Shown here: positions 1-13,113 of the stretch, piece after piece
Position numbering within the stretch: position 1 is the stretch's first letter
Layout of the letters: every line of letters begins with the position of its first letter
NCBI GenBank assembly: GCA_038087875.1
Contig: CM075994.1
Location: 7,132,001 to 7,196,000, forward strand
Source of the DNA: Malacoraja senta
Lineage: Eukaryota
Reading direction: 5' to 3'
DNA length: 64,000 bases
Program-made: the position numbers and the translations under genes
The notes under the pieces: generated by a model
Databases searched by the model: none
What the model saw: the letters and a program-made list of their open reading frames with translations, nothing else
Told to the model about the DNA's origin: nothing

Positions 1-167
1 GTATTTCTACGCTGTATCTCTGAACTAAACTAAACTCATTAATTGTACATTTATGCAATTTGAGTGAATTGAACGTTGTTTAATATTTGGAAAACACATT
101 TTTAACTGGCATGGTGCCTAACAATCCCACAAGCTCTGATTGTGTTTACTAACCTGTGTAGGAGTAT

Positions 168-455
168 AGTTTAGAGACACAGCGTGGAAACAGGCCCTTC
201 GGCCCACCAAGTCTGTGACAACCAGCAGAACAACCTGTACACTAGATCTATCCGACACACAAGGTACAATTTACAGAACCCAATTAAGCTACAAACGTGC
301 ACATCTTAGGAATGTAGTCGGAAACCGGAGCACCAGGAGGAAATCCACATGGTCACATAAAAAAGGTACAAACTCTGTACAGACAGCACCCGAGGTCAGG
401 ATCGAACCCGGGTGTCTGGCGCTGAGAGACAACAAATGTACTGCTGCACCACTCT
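168..455 (-). mobile_element. HE1-type tRNA/V-SINE (degraded)
   Basis: tRNA-like head, V-domain core, CR1-like tail with (TAAAC)n. Confidence 0.75.
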
Positions 456-577
456 GCCATCTCTGCTGTATGTGTCTTATTATTGCACATGTTGTGTATT
501 CCAATATATCTCCAAATATTGATGTCAGGCTCAGCTCAGAACCCACCTGTTTTCTATGTCACTCCTTCATTAAATAG

Positions 578-694
578 GTAATGTTTAACACCAAGCTATC
601 TCCAAGAGGCATTCTGGAATCTACAATTTTGGAAGATGATCCCCCAGAGGATTCACTACTTGGATTATCCAGTTCTTTCAAAACTCTTGGTTGA
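578..694 (+). CDS. Possible terminal coding exon of an upstream gene (38 aa, unidentified)
   Basis: Pyrimidine tract plus TAG acceptor at 575-577. Open frame VMFNTKLSPRGILESTILEDDPPEDSLLGLSSSFKTLG* in non-repeat sequence. Confidence 0.25.
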   Translation, partial: VMFNTKLSPRGILESTILEDDPPEDSLLGLSSSFKTLG

Positions 695-2586
695 CTATAC
701 AGTCTATTTTTGTTGGTTTACTCTAATTCAGTGTTCCCAGTGGGATACTGATTGGGGATGATCAGCCATGATCACATTGAATGGCGGTGCTGACTCGAAG
801 GCCCGAATGGCCTACTCGTGCACCTATTGTCTATTGTCTTATCTCGTCCATGCCAACCAAGATGCCCCATTTAAGCTAATCCCATTTGCCAGTTTGGCCC
901 CTATCCCTCCAAACCATTCCTATCTATGTGCTGTCCAGGAAAATGTGTAGGAAGGAACTGCAGATGCTGGTTTAAATTGAAGATAGACACAAAATGCTGG
1001 AGTTACTCAGCAGGGCAGGCAGTATGCTGAACTCTAGTTGGAGAGAGCAATCAGTCTGAAGAAAGGTCTCGACCCGAAACGTCATCCATTCCTTCTCTCC
1101 AGAGATGCTGCCTGTTCCGTTGAGTAACTTCAGCATTTTGTGTCTATCCCTGTCCAGGAAAATGCTATTAAAATACCTGCCTCAAGTACATCCTCTGGCT
1201 GCTTGTTCTATATTCTCACCCCTCCCTGTGTGGAAAAAGTTGCCCCTCAGATTCCTATTAATCCTTGCCCATCTCAACAATGTCTCCTGGTGTTGTAGTT
1301 CTTCCCCACAAATTCTTTGTATTGGCTGCAGTTTGGAAACTTTCCGTCTTTGACTTCACGTTGTACTGAATGTCCAACAGGATTCAGGCAGACCAAAATG
1401 CTTCTTTCTCCAGGTTTGTGATGTTTCAGTTTACTTAAGATTCAGTCTTAGTTAACATCCCTGGAAGCAGCACGGATATCGGAGAGTCCTGTTACAAAGC
1501 TACTCAACATCAACCTCAACAAGGACCTAATCACCAGGACTTGAGGGCCTGGGCTATAGTGAGAGGTTGGGCAGGCTAGGACTTTATTTCTTGGAGCGCA
1601 GGATGATGAGGTGTGATCTTATAGAGGTGTTTCTGATCATAGGGTAGGTGAAGAGCTTTTTACCCAGAGTAGGGGAATCAATAACCAGAGGACATGGGTT
1701 TAAGGTGAGAGGGGAAAGATTTAATATAAGCTTGAGGGGTGGCCACAGAAGGTGGTGTGTGTATGGAATGAGCTGCTAGAGGTGATAGATGAGGCAGGTA
1801 CTATAACAGCATTTAAAATACATTTGGGCAGGTACATGGGGAGGAAATATTATGGGCCAGACACAGGCAGTTGGGACTAGTGTAGATGGGGCATCTTGGC
1901 AGATGGGCATGTTGTCTCTCTGGTCATTGCCTCAGGACTTCATTGCTGGTGAGTTCCTTCTTTCTCCAGACATGTCATTAATCCTGGCATGGTACAGTTG
2001 CTCTCTGTCTCTGCTGCAGATACCATTGCATGTTCCGTTGAACATGCCATCCTGTCACAACTCCATTACTCTTTCCACCCTCCACTTGCATGGTCGTAAG
2101 TGCCATGGGCGATTTTCGCATCATATCTGCAGTCCTCACCCTCATCCAAACATGAGCAAGAACATGAGGACTGAGCTTTCTCCACATCCACCCTCTGTAT
2201 CTCTCCACCTGCCCCTTTATCAGTCTTTAGTTTAGTTTAGAGATTCAGCGCAGAAACAGGCCCTTCAGCCCACGCCGACCAGTGATCACCCCGCACACTA
2301 ACACTATCCTACACACACTAGGGACAATTTACAATCATATCAAGCCAATGAGCCTACAAACCATTACCCTCCACAGATGCTGCCTGTTCCAGCAGCACTT
2401 TGTGTTCTGCTCATGTATCAGGGTATCTACAGTGGGGGTGTGTATCCATCTGGGTGTGTGTTGTTTTAGTGCTAAAGGCAGGGGTTCATCCTGACCACAG
2501 CACTAACAATGGACCTTTGCCTCAGTGTACAGTAACTTCACAGGGACATGATCAGAACTTTACACTATAATTAGCTGCACATAATT

Positions 2587-2880
2587 TTAGTTTAGTTTAG
2601 ACATGCAGCGCAGAAACAGGCCCTTCGGCCCGCCAACCAGTGATCACCCCGTACACTAGCACTATCCTACACACGGTAGGGACAATTTGCAATTTTTACT
2701 GAAGTCAATTAATCTACAAACTCCCAGGTCTTAGGAGTGTGGGAGGAAACCGGAGCACCCGGAGAAAACCCATGCAGATCATGGGGAGAACGTGCAAATT
2801 TCATACAGACAGCAGCTGTAATAATGATCAAACCCACGTCTCTGGCACTGTATGGCAGCAAATCTACCGCTGCGCCAGCG
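2587..2880 (-). mobile_element. HE1-type SINE
   Basis: Matches the window SINE consensus. Confidence 0.8.
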
Positions 2881-3445
2881 TGTCCCAGTTGTACCATCCT
2901 GTCACTGACTACTAACCCTTTGCCCTTCATTAAATCATATCATCATTGTTATTTTCCTATTTCACCACTCTGTTTCCTCTGGAGATTACTGTAACTGACT
3001 GCACCATTTACAGCAATTTTGATCAGAACGTTCTGAGAAATCACATGATATTTTGCTTTTTGCAGAAAGGGAATAACAACCAGACACTAGTATTGAGGCC
3101 TGTAAACATTTTATTTCATTTTATAAAGCATTTATTTGTTTGATTACTGAACACGTACAAAATAAAGCAGGGAAAGAGATTACTTGGTTCTGGAGGAGAT
3201 GTGTAGCTTCTAACTGGGGCTGCACTTCATTTAGTTGTGTCCTTGTATTTTGTTTACCCTTATTGGGCTGGAATTAGAAAAGGGAAACACAAGGATTGAG
3301 AAAGGCTGAAGAATGCAAGATGAACTAACAAAAAAAAACCGTGGGTCTTTATTAACCGGTTAACAAAGGTAGGAACTTATGCTGACCCAGGTCAGCTGGG
3401 GTATTGTGCCTTATTCTGGGCTCCATAAAGTGTACGGGGAATATG

Positions 3446-3760
3446 TTTAGTTTAGTTTAGTTTAGAGATACAGCACGGGAAACAGGCCCCTGGGCCCACC
3501 GAGTCTGCACCGACAAGCAATCCCTGCACATTAACACTACCCAACACACACTAGGGACAATTTTACGTTTACATTTATACCAAGTCAATTATCATACAAA
3601 TCTGTAGGTGTGTAGGTCTTTGGGATGTGGGAGGAAACCGAAGATCTAGGAGAAAACCCACGAAAGTCACGGGGAGAATGTACAAACTCCGTACAGACAG
3701 CACCCGTAGTCAGGATCGAACCTGGGTCTCTGGCGCTGTTCTACCGTTGCGCCACCATGC
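3446..3760 (-). mobile_element. HE1-type SINE
   Basis: Matches the window SINE consensus. Confidence 0.85.
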
Positions 3761-3787
3761 CGCCCTATTCTTCTATTTCCCTCTAAT

Positions 3788-4300
3788 GACTCTGTAATCT
3801 CTCTCACTGCCCCAGTCTCTGTAATCTCTCCCACTGCCCCACTCTCTGTAATCTCTTCCATTGCCCAACTCTCCGTCACCTCTCCTGTTGCACCACTCTG
3901 TCACTGCCCACTCTGTCACCTCTCCCCCTCTGTGTCTGCCCCTCTCTTTTTTTATCACCACTACCTATCTCTCTCTCTCTCCATGATCTCTCTACCACTC
4001 TCTCTGTTCCTCTCCATGACCTCTCTCCATTATTCCGACAACGCTCACCTCTCGTCATCACCTTTGCTTTCCTCTCTGCTGCTGACTCTGCCCCCTCTCT
4101 GTCACCCATCACCCTCTTGTCGCTTTTCTCCATCATCTTACCCGCTCACCAACACCCCTCTCTTTCCCAAATGTCTATCCCATGCTCTGATGTCTCTCGC
4201 TCATTCCTCTTTCTCTCTGCTGTGTCTCCCTCTCTTTCTGTCCAAATACCTCCTCCCTCTACCCCCTTCCCCCTTCCACCATGACTCCTCCCTCTACACA
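3788..4300. repeat. Degenerate 27-bp tandem repeat grading into CT-rich low complexity
   Basis: Units resembling CTCTGTAATCTCTCCCACTGCCCCACT at about 3790-3930. Confidence 0.8.
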
Positions 4301-4781
4301 CCCCCACTGTACAGATACCCTGATACATGAGCAGAACACAAAGTGCTGGAGGAACAGGCAGTATCTGGAAATGGACAGACGACATTTCGGGTCAAAGAGT
4401 AATAGAATTTTACAGCGTGGAAACAGGCCCTTCGGCCCAACTTGACCACACCTGCTAACATGTCCCATCTACACTAGTCCCACCTGCCCGCGTTTGGTCC
4501 ATATCCCTCCAAACCTGTCCTATCCATGTACCTTCGATAGTCCCTGCCTCACCTACATCCTCCGGCAGCTCGTTCCATGCACCCACCACCCTTTGTGTGA
4601 AAATGTGCCCCTCAGGTTCCCATCAAATCACCCCCTCCCCCCCCCCCCCCCCCCACACTTAAACCTATTAGGTCAGCACGGTAGCGCAGCAGTGGAGTTG
4701 CTGCCTTACAAATGATATTCCCTGATGGAAACACACGTTCTGCATCCCTGTTTTCAGATATCCTGATACTTCAAGGGAGAC

Positions 4782-5552
4782 TAGACACAAAAAGCTGGAG
4801 TAACTCAGCGGGACAGGCAGCATCTCTGGAGAGAAGGATCGAGTGATGTTTCGGGACGAGTCCCTTCTTCAGACTGAGAGTTAGGGGAAAGGGAAACAAG
4901 AAATATAGACAGTGATGTAGAGAGATATAGAACAAAGAATGAAAGATATGCAAAAAGTAACGGTGATAAAGGAAACGGGCCACTGTTGGGTGAGAACGAG
5001 AAGCTGGTGCAACTTGGGTAGGGGAGGAATTGAGAGAGAGGGAATGCCAGGGTTACTTGAAGTTAGAGAAATCAATATTCATACCCATGGATTGTAAGGT
5101 GCCCCAGCGAAATATGTGATGTTCCTCCAATTTGCATTTAGCCTCACTCTGACAATGGAGGAGGCCAAGGCCAGGTCAGTATGGGAATGGGTAGGAGAAT
5201 TAAAGTGTTCAACAACCGGGAGATCAATTAGGCCCAGGCAGACTGAGCAATGGTGTTCAGCAAAACGATCGCCCCGTCTACATATGATCTTGCCGATGTA
5301 TAAGAGTCCGCATCTTGAACAACGGATACAATAGATGAGGTTGGAGGAGGTGCAAATGAGCCTCTGCTTAACCTGAAGGGACTCTCGGGTCCCTGGACAG
5401 AGTCGAGGGAGGAGGTGCAGGGACAGGCGGTTGCAGTGGAAGGTACCTGGGGAGGGGGTGGGTTTGTGGGAAGGGATGAGTTAACCAGGGAGTTATGGGG
5501 GAACGGTCTCTGTGGAAGGCGGAAAGGGGTGGAGATGGGAAGATGTGACTAG
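4782..5552 (-). mobile_element. Penelope-like GIY-YIG/pLTR fragment
   Basis: Reverse-complement similarity to 61215-61930. Confidence 0.75.
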
Positions 5553-6440
5553 TCCTCCCTCAATAGAGAGTGTTCGTTATCCTTGATTTGTAGCTCCCGG
5601 TGACTCTACTCAATTCTCCCAGAACAAGAACCTGATTTCCCAACAAATCATCAAAGTTTACACACACACATTAATTAATCCAAGTGCATCTATGACGTTT
5701 AATTCAAAAATGTGTTTCTATTAGAATAAGCCATATATTAATTGCAATACAATGTCAACCAGGCCTACATGTTTTTAAATGCTGAAGCAATAACGTAGTA
5801 TCATCAGAAACAATAGTCTGTTGGAAAGTTACAGATTACTTCTGAAAGGATAATGCGTAGAACACAAAGTGCTGGAGTATCTCAGCGGGTCAAGCAGCAT
5901 TTCTGTAGGATGTGGGCAGGTGACGTTTCAAAATAGGCAGGAGAAAGCTGAAGGGATGGGGCAGGACAAAGCCTGTCAAGTATCCACCCCCCCCCCCCCA
6001 CTTTATTTCCAGCTTTCTCTCCCCTACTACATTAGTCTGAAGAAGGGCCCAACCTGAAATGTGTTCCAGAGACCTGTTGAATTACTCCAACACTTTGTTC
6101 TAAGCAAAAATCCAGCATCTACAGTTTTTTGTGTCTTCAGAAAGAATGGTTCAGGTGAAATATAATTGTTGTCACAGTATCGATGCCTGCAATTTATCCT
6201 ATTGGTTTTGAAAGAGAAATGTTATTAAGAATTGAATTAAAAGGGGGATGTATATAGAAGGAAAAGGGCATAAAATTGTATTAGAAGTATAGAGTGGAAA
6301 TTAAAAATTGATTACGTGCAAAGAACAATACAATGTAATACTGGCAGACAAGATTCAGAACAGGTCCAAAGCATTTTATGTTGATCCAGTAAAAGGATAA
6401 GACCCATTGGGGACCAATCTCTATGTGGAACCACGAGATG

Positions 6441-6750
6441 TAGTTTAGTTTTAGTTTAGAGATGCAGCACGGAAACAGGCCCTTCGGCCCACCGAGACTA
6501 CGCCGACCAGCTATCCCCGCACACTAACGCTATCTTACACACACCAGGGACAATTTACAATTATACCAGCCAATTAACCTACAATCCTGTACGTCTTCGG
6601 AGTGTGGGAGGAACCCAGAGATCCTGGAGAAATCCCACGCAGGTCACGGGGAGAACGTACAAACTCCGCACAGACAGCACCCGTAGTCAGGATCGAACCC
6701 GAGTCATTGGCGCTGTGAGGCAGCAACTCTACCGCTGTGGCACCGTACCA
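6441..6750 (-). mobile_element. HE1-type SINE (mirrored at 57712-58020, +)
   Basis: Consensus match; shared by both arms. Confidence 0.85.
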
Positions 6751-6865
6751 CCCAGGGTGAATGCTTCTAGTGTTAGACGTATAGAGCGGAAATAAAAAAA
6801 TGATAAGTGCAAAGAGTGACACAAAAGTATCACTGGCAGGCAATATTAAGGATAGGTCCAAAGCA

Positions 6866-7189
6866 TTTTATGTTTTAGATTAGTTTAGTTTAGAGATACA
6901 GCTCGGAAACAGGCCCTATGGCCCACCGTGTGCGCACCGACCAGCGATCCCCGCACATTAACACTATCCTACACACAATGGACAATTTTACACATACACT
7001 AAGCCAATTAATCTACAAACCTGTACGTCTTTGGAATATGGGAGGAAACCGAAGATCTCGGAGAAAACCCACGCTTTCACGGAGAGAACGTACAAACTCC
7101 GTACAGACAGCACCCGTATTCGGGATCGAACCTGGGTCTCTGTCGCTGCAAGTGCTGTAAGGCAGCAACTCTACCATTGTGCCACCGTG
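6866..7189 (-). mobile_element. HE1-type SINE, left-arm specific
   Basis: Empty site at about 57585. Confidence 0.85.
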
Positions 7190-8691
7190 TATCCAGTGAA
7201 AGGCTAGGACCCATTAGGGATCCATCTCTATATGGAACCACAAGGTATAGGTGAAGTCTGAAATGAAAACCTCTGTAGGAAGAAACATCAGATGCTGGTT
7301 TACACCGAAGATAGATACAAAAAGCTGGAGTAACTCCACGGGTCAGGCAGCATATCCGGAGAGAAGGAATGGGTGACGTTTCAGGTCGAGACCCTTCGTT
7401 AGACTGAATAGATCATTGTTAGCTCGGGGAAGGTGACAACAAAGCAAACGGATACATTGTAATCAGGGACAGTCAGACTGGTCGGAGAACTGGGAAGGGG
7501 GAGGGATGGAGAGAGAGGGAAAGCAAGGGTTACTTGAAGTTAGAGAAGTCTATATTCATACCGCTGGGGTGTAAGCTGTCCAAGCGAAATATGAGGTGCT
7601 GCTCCTCCAATTTGCGCTGGGCCTCGCTCTGACCTCTGGTCTGTATTTACTGAAGGGAAGGATATTGCATTTCTTGAACCTTAGAACATGTTACCGTTAA
7701 AAAGGGAATATTAGATACCTTGGAGGAGATTTACGATAGATGTAGCCCAGGATGCTATGGGAGGAGATTGCTTTGAGTCTGGCAGAGATTCTTACTGTTC
7801 ATTTTAACAAGTGAAGTGCAAGAAGTCAGGAGGACAACAAATGTGGTCCCTTTATTCGAGAACGGCAGCGGAGATAAACCAGGTAATTCCAGGGCTCTGA
7901 ACCAAACGTCAGTCCTGGAGAAGATATGGGGAAGTAAAGCTGAGGCACAGGACTGCTGTACACTTGCACAAAGGGAAGAGCTTTGTTTGGGGAAGCATTT
8001 GTTTCGAGAGGACTAGAATACAAAAACAGGGATGTAATGAATGATGAGGCTTTATATGGTGCTGGTCAGACCACATTTGGATTATTGCGAGCAATTATCC
8101 CCTTAGCTGATAGCCTCATATCTGAAGAAGGATGTGCTGGTGCTGGAGAGGGTCCAGAGGATGTTTACTAGAATGAGTGGGTTAACATATGATGAGCATT
8201 TGACAGCACTGGGCCTCTACTCGCTGGAGTTTAGAAGGATGAGGGGGAGACCTCATGGAAAATTACCGAATCAGTGAAAGGCCTGGATAGAGTGGATGTG
8301 GAGAGGATGTTTCCCCTAGTGGAAGAGTTTAGGATCAGAGGCCATAACCTCAGAATAAAAGGACGTACCTTTAGAAAGGAGACGAGGAGGAATGTTGTTA
8401 GTCAGAGGGTGGTGAATCTGTGGAATTCATTGCCAAGTCAATGGACATTTTTAAAGCGTAGATTTCTACTCCACCATTCAATCATGGCTGATCTATCTCT
8501 CCCTCCCAACCCCCATTCTCTTGCCTTCTCCACATAACCCCCGACACCCATACTAATCAAGAATCCATCTATCTCTGCCTTAAAAATATCCATTGACTTG
8601 GCCTCCAAAGCCATCTGTGGCAAAGAATTCCACAGATACGCCACCCTAAGACAAAGAAATGTCTCCTATCCTTAAAAGAACAACCTTTAAT

Positions 8692-11364
8692 ACGCAAGTT
8701 CGTTATTCCGACTGCGCATGCCCAGGTCATAGGTCACTTGCGATAAACTTTCACGGCAGCTGTGCTGCTGCGTGTGTGTAGGCCTGCGTTTCATCCATGG
8801 TTGGGGTCAGGCCCGGGTCTCCGGCACAGCGGGTATTGTCGAGTTTCTGCTGTGCTGTCCCCGTTCCCTCCCGGGTGTCCTGTCCCTGTCCAGGGGCGGC
8901 TGGAGGTGTCCGGAGAGGCCCTGGGCTGGCTGGGGCACTGGCCTGGGGTGTTGGCGGCCTTGCGCTTGCAGCCGGCGTGGAGGGGAGGGCGCTAGCTCCG
9001 GCTCGGCTCTGCTGCGGCTCCCAGGGGTGCTGTTCTCTGGTGGGCTGGGGACCGTCGGCTGCGCCTCACGCCTTGTCCAGTGGCTGTCGGTTGGCCCCTT
9101 GGAGCCGACGGGGTCTGAGCGCCGGTCATCGGTAGGGATACACACAGAGTGCTGCAGTGCCTCGACGGGTCAGGCAACATCTCTGGAGAAGGGTCTCGAC
9201 CCGAAATGTAACCCATTCCTTTTCTCCGGGGATACTGCCATCCCGCTCAGTCAAGCCATTGTCCCCACATGCCTCAAAACGTCTACAATAATACCCATAG
9301 CGAAGAAACCAGTTGTTGCCTGCCTAAATGACTACCGCCCTGTCGCCCTGACCCCAATAATAATGAAGTGTTTTGAACGCCTGGTGAAACCCCACATTAC
9401 TGCCAGCCTCCCCTCATCGTTAGACCCCCTCCAGTTTGCCTATCGCCCCAACCATTCTACAGAGGATGCCATCTCTACCACGCTGCACACAGTGCTCACG
9501 CATCTGGAAAACAGAAACACATACGCCAGAATCCTGTACATTGACTTCAGCTCAGCGTTCAACACCATCATCCCACAGAGACTTGTGGAGAAACTAACCC
9601 TGCTGGGCCTCAACACCACCCTGTGTCACTGGATCTTGGACTTTCTGACAGAGAGACCGCAGTCAGTCCGTGTTGGCAAGAACACTTCAGGCTCGATCAT
9701 GCTGAGCACCCGGCTCCCCTCAAGGCTGTGTGCTCAGCCCGCTGTTGTTCACATTGCTCACACATGACTGCTGCCAGATTCAGGGACAATAAGATCATAA
9801 CATTCGCGGATGACACAACAGTGGTGGGACTCATCAGCGGAGATGATGAATCAATGTACAGGGAGGAAGTAAAACAACTAGTGGACCTGGTGCGGCAAAA
9901 ATAATCTAGAATTAAATGTCGACAAAACAAAGGAGATGGTTGTCGACTTCAGGAGGGCGCAGCCAAAGCATGCACCCCTTAACATCAGTGGCGCCACAGT
10001 GGAGAGAGTGGAGACCATAAAGTTCCTCGGGGTGCAAATTACAGACAGCCTCACCTGGTCCAGGAACACCACTGGGACCGTCAAACGGGCCCATCAACGA
10101 CTGCACTTCCTGAGGAAATTAAAACAGGCCTCACTCCCCACCAACATCCTCAGGACTTTCTACAGGGGTACGGTGGAGTCTGTATTCACATACTGCATAA
10201 ATACGTGGTACTCGACCTGCAACTGCTCGGACAGGAAGGCTCTGCAGAGGGTAGTGAGGGGAGCAGAGAAGATCATTGGCGTCTCCCTACCCTCGGTACA
10301 AGTACTGTTCCAGAGCCGCTGTCGGAAAAAAAGCTCAGAGAATTGCTAAGGACAAACTGCACCCCCTCCACATACACCTGGATCTCCTGCCATCATGCAA
10401 GAGATATCGCAGCATCAAAGCCCGGACTACAAGACTGCGAAACAGCTTCCTGCCATATGCTGTGAGGCTGCTAAACAGCCACTCTGTACTCACAGTCACC
10501 TGATTCTGCGGCTTGGTACAGACACTTTAATAACTGGCACTAGCCACTTCAATAGCTGGCACTGGCCACTCAAATCAGCCATCCCGGACATGTTTATGAT
10601 TGGTTTTATTGTATTTTAACGTTGTTTTTACCTACTTTTAACCATTTATACTGTTCCATCAGGGACTGGATTGTTTTTAGTGTTATTATGTGTGAAATGT
10701 TTTAAATTTCATGTGCGATGCTCCGGTATTCCCTGGGAAACGTTTTTTTTCATTTTGCAATGTACAACTGTTGCTTGCAAGATGACAATAAAGGTTGATA
10801 TGATATGATATGATATGATATGCTGCAGCGTTTTGTGTGTGTGCCAGATGATGGATGGGGCTCGGCTTTTGCCAGCGCTGGGTGGGTGGGGGGTTGGTGG
10901 GAAGCCGTTGGGTAGGGTAGGGGGGATGGCGGGAAGCCGTTGGGTAGGGGGGGGTGCCGGTGACAGCCAACCCACCTGGGGGGCGGCGATAGCCGAGCAC
11001 CATCCATCAACAGGCACACTGGGGGGGGGGGGGCAGGGATGGTCCAGTGGTGGTTCGGGCAGCGCTTGCGGCGCTGGGCACCCGGGTTCGATCCTGGCTG
11101 TGGATGAGGCGCGGGTCTGTGTGCTCGCAGCAGTGCAGGCTGGCAATAATATCTCTCCGGCGGTCCAGTCTGTCCCAGCTCTCTCTCGCTATCTGGCACC
11201 CCCCGTTCCTCAGACTAAATATATTTTTACACATAAATTATGAATAAAGATAAGAATTTATACACGGTTTATACAACCAGCGCTTCGTTCGATTTTTCTT
11301 TATCGCGAATGACCTTTGACAAATCCCAGGATTCCTTGCGTTTTTTGGAATACCGAACTCGCTT
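8692..11364. mobile_element. Short-TIR non-autonomous DNA element (superfamily unclear) with nested Rex1 LINE
   Basis: Ends ACGCAAGTTCGTTATTCC / GGAATACCGAACTCGCTT match 15 of 18. Apparent AT duplication in a CR1 remnant (cctttaat|attctgagg). Absent from the right arm at about 52358. Confidence 0.65.
9252..10820 (+). mobile_element. 5'-truncated Rex1/Babar LINE, frameshifted RT
   Basis: [55 protein letters not shown]. 3' tail of aataaa plus (TGATA)n. Confidence 0.92.
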
Positions 11365-11775
11365 ATTCTGAGGCTGTGACCTCTGGTCCTTGACTCTCCC
11401 ACTAGTGGAAACATCCTCTCCACATCCACTCTATCCAGACCTTTCACTATTTGGTAAGTTCCAATGTGGTCCTCCCTCATCCTTCTAAACTCCAGCGAGT
11501 ACAGGCCCAGTGCCATCAAACGCTCATCCTATGTTAACCCACTCATTCCTGGGATCATTCTTGTAAACCTCCTCTGGACCCTCTCCAACACCAGCAAACT
11601 CTTCCTCAGATATGGCCCCTATGGGAATATGTTGAGAAGGACGCAGCTTCGAGGAAGGAAGGTTCGGGGTGAAAGTCTATGGGCAGATTGTGGAGGAGAA
11701 GGACGAGGAATTAGAACGAGGATTTGTGTATCGGTTGAGTGAAACACACTGGAAAACAGCTGGAATGTTTCTCAG

Positions 11776-13113
11776 TTACTTGTTGGAAAAGAACCAGTTC
11801 ATCACGTTTGACATTTTTCTCTTTAACTTTTCTCCAGTACTTTTCCCTCCCGCCGCACGTTCCTTCAAATACTCTGGTGACAGCTTCTCGTTGTTGGCGA
11901 TTATTTCTTTGAACTCTGCCTCCTTCACAGCGGTCAGTGCCTGAATTCGCTCAATGAAGCCTGGCTTTGTCTCATCTTTCTCACCCTGAATCAGGAGGTC
12001 AATGTAAGCCGAGGTGGACAACGGGTTTGGTCTCAGGGCTATTTCTTCAAGTCGTCTAATGCCCTGGGATAAATCTTGAATCAACTCCAGCACTGTGTTC
12101 CCCACCTCAGAACACTCCTGCTCAAGTGACTCCATAACCCTCTGCTGACTCATCTTCTCACCGTATGTCTTCTCATATTTTTCCTTCAGTTTGTTGTACA
12201 TCCTCTTCTCCTTTTTTGTTACACAGACATACCTTTACTTTTCCCTCAGGTGTTTTAGCACGCCGCACTTCCCCGGACAGACTTTACAATTTCCCCACCC
12301 ATCCATTGATGAGCACCAGTATTTGAAAATATAACCTGCAGACGTACAGGGGTCGTGACAACTGTATTCACAAACCGTACAGTTGTTTACAAATGGAGCA
12401 TCGCTGCCAAGTTTCCTCTTTTCTTTAACAGTCACATTGACCTCGTACTCAAAATCTTTATTTTCGTCCAGGTTGGACTGGTTTTGGTTCAGAACTTGTT
12501 GGGTTTTCTTGAGCTCCTCTAAGTTGGTCAGCCCTGCTTGGATCAGAATTTGCAACCCGGCCACTACAGACTCCAGCTGGCTGCGTTCCTTCAGAACCTC
12601 ATTGGTCAGGCACAGGCTTCTCGGCTGCATCGTGCTCAGAGCTGTGAAGAACTTCTTCATACTGTTTGTCCCCATCTTCCAGAACATCAGGTCAAAGTCA
12701 TTATCCTCTTCCCCGCTGTCGTCAGATCTTCCATCGTCACCAGAGGTCGGACACTGGGCAAAAATGGCAGAATTGTTAAACTTGAAGTGTGCTGGCAATC
12801 CCTTTTTGTCTTTGGGGCTGGGTACCTGGGCGGCTTTCAGGGTCTCCAGAACTGGGGGGCGCTGCCCGTCCGCGAACGTCACCAGTACCTGAATGTTCTC
12901 CGCAACATCTTTGCCAAAAATGGAAAGGATGGAATCAAAGACATATTTCTGTGTCGGTGTCAGGCGAGCCAAGGAGGCTTGGATGACGAAACAGATCGCG
13001 TCGATCTGATCAACGCCCTGTGGGGAAGCGAAGAACTCGCGGATGTGGTCAGTGATCTGTCGATCCCGGCTGATGCCCCTGGTGTCCCCGAATCCTGGCG
13101 TGTCGATGATAGT
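11776..13113 (-). pseudogene. Paralogous GTPase copy with in-frame nonsense codon; 5' part hidden in the assembly gap
   Basis: Frame is open from the gap edge (TIIDTPGFGDTRGISRD...) to TAA at 12235-12237 (TAC/Tyr in the right copy). It continues in the same frame to the native stop at 11776. I counted 36 differences in 244 aligned aa versus the right copy. Confidence 0.8.

Noticed and set aside
1332..1413. Possible small exon FGNFPSLTSRCTECPTGFRQTKMLLSP
   Set aside because: Weak splice sites, no recognisable homology and no partner exons.
3667..4385. Repetitive ORFs (EITESGAV repeats, Leu/Ser-rich), also 53357-53992
   Set aside because: Translations of low-complexity CT/GA tracts.
6280..7270. 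Local tandem duplication of about 170 bp as a functional element
   Set aside because: Resembles an ancient CR1 ORF2 relic, is shared by both arms and is disrupted by SINEs.
8772..9767. 331-aa ORF as a novel RT fusion gene
   Set aside because: Chance read-through from GC-rich TE sequence and a Penelope remnant into a 5'-truncated, frameshifted Rex1 RT.
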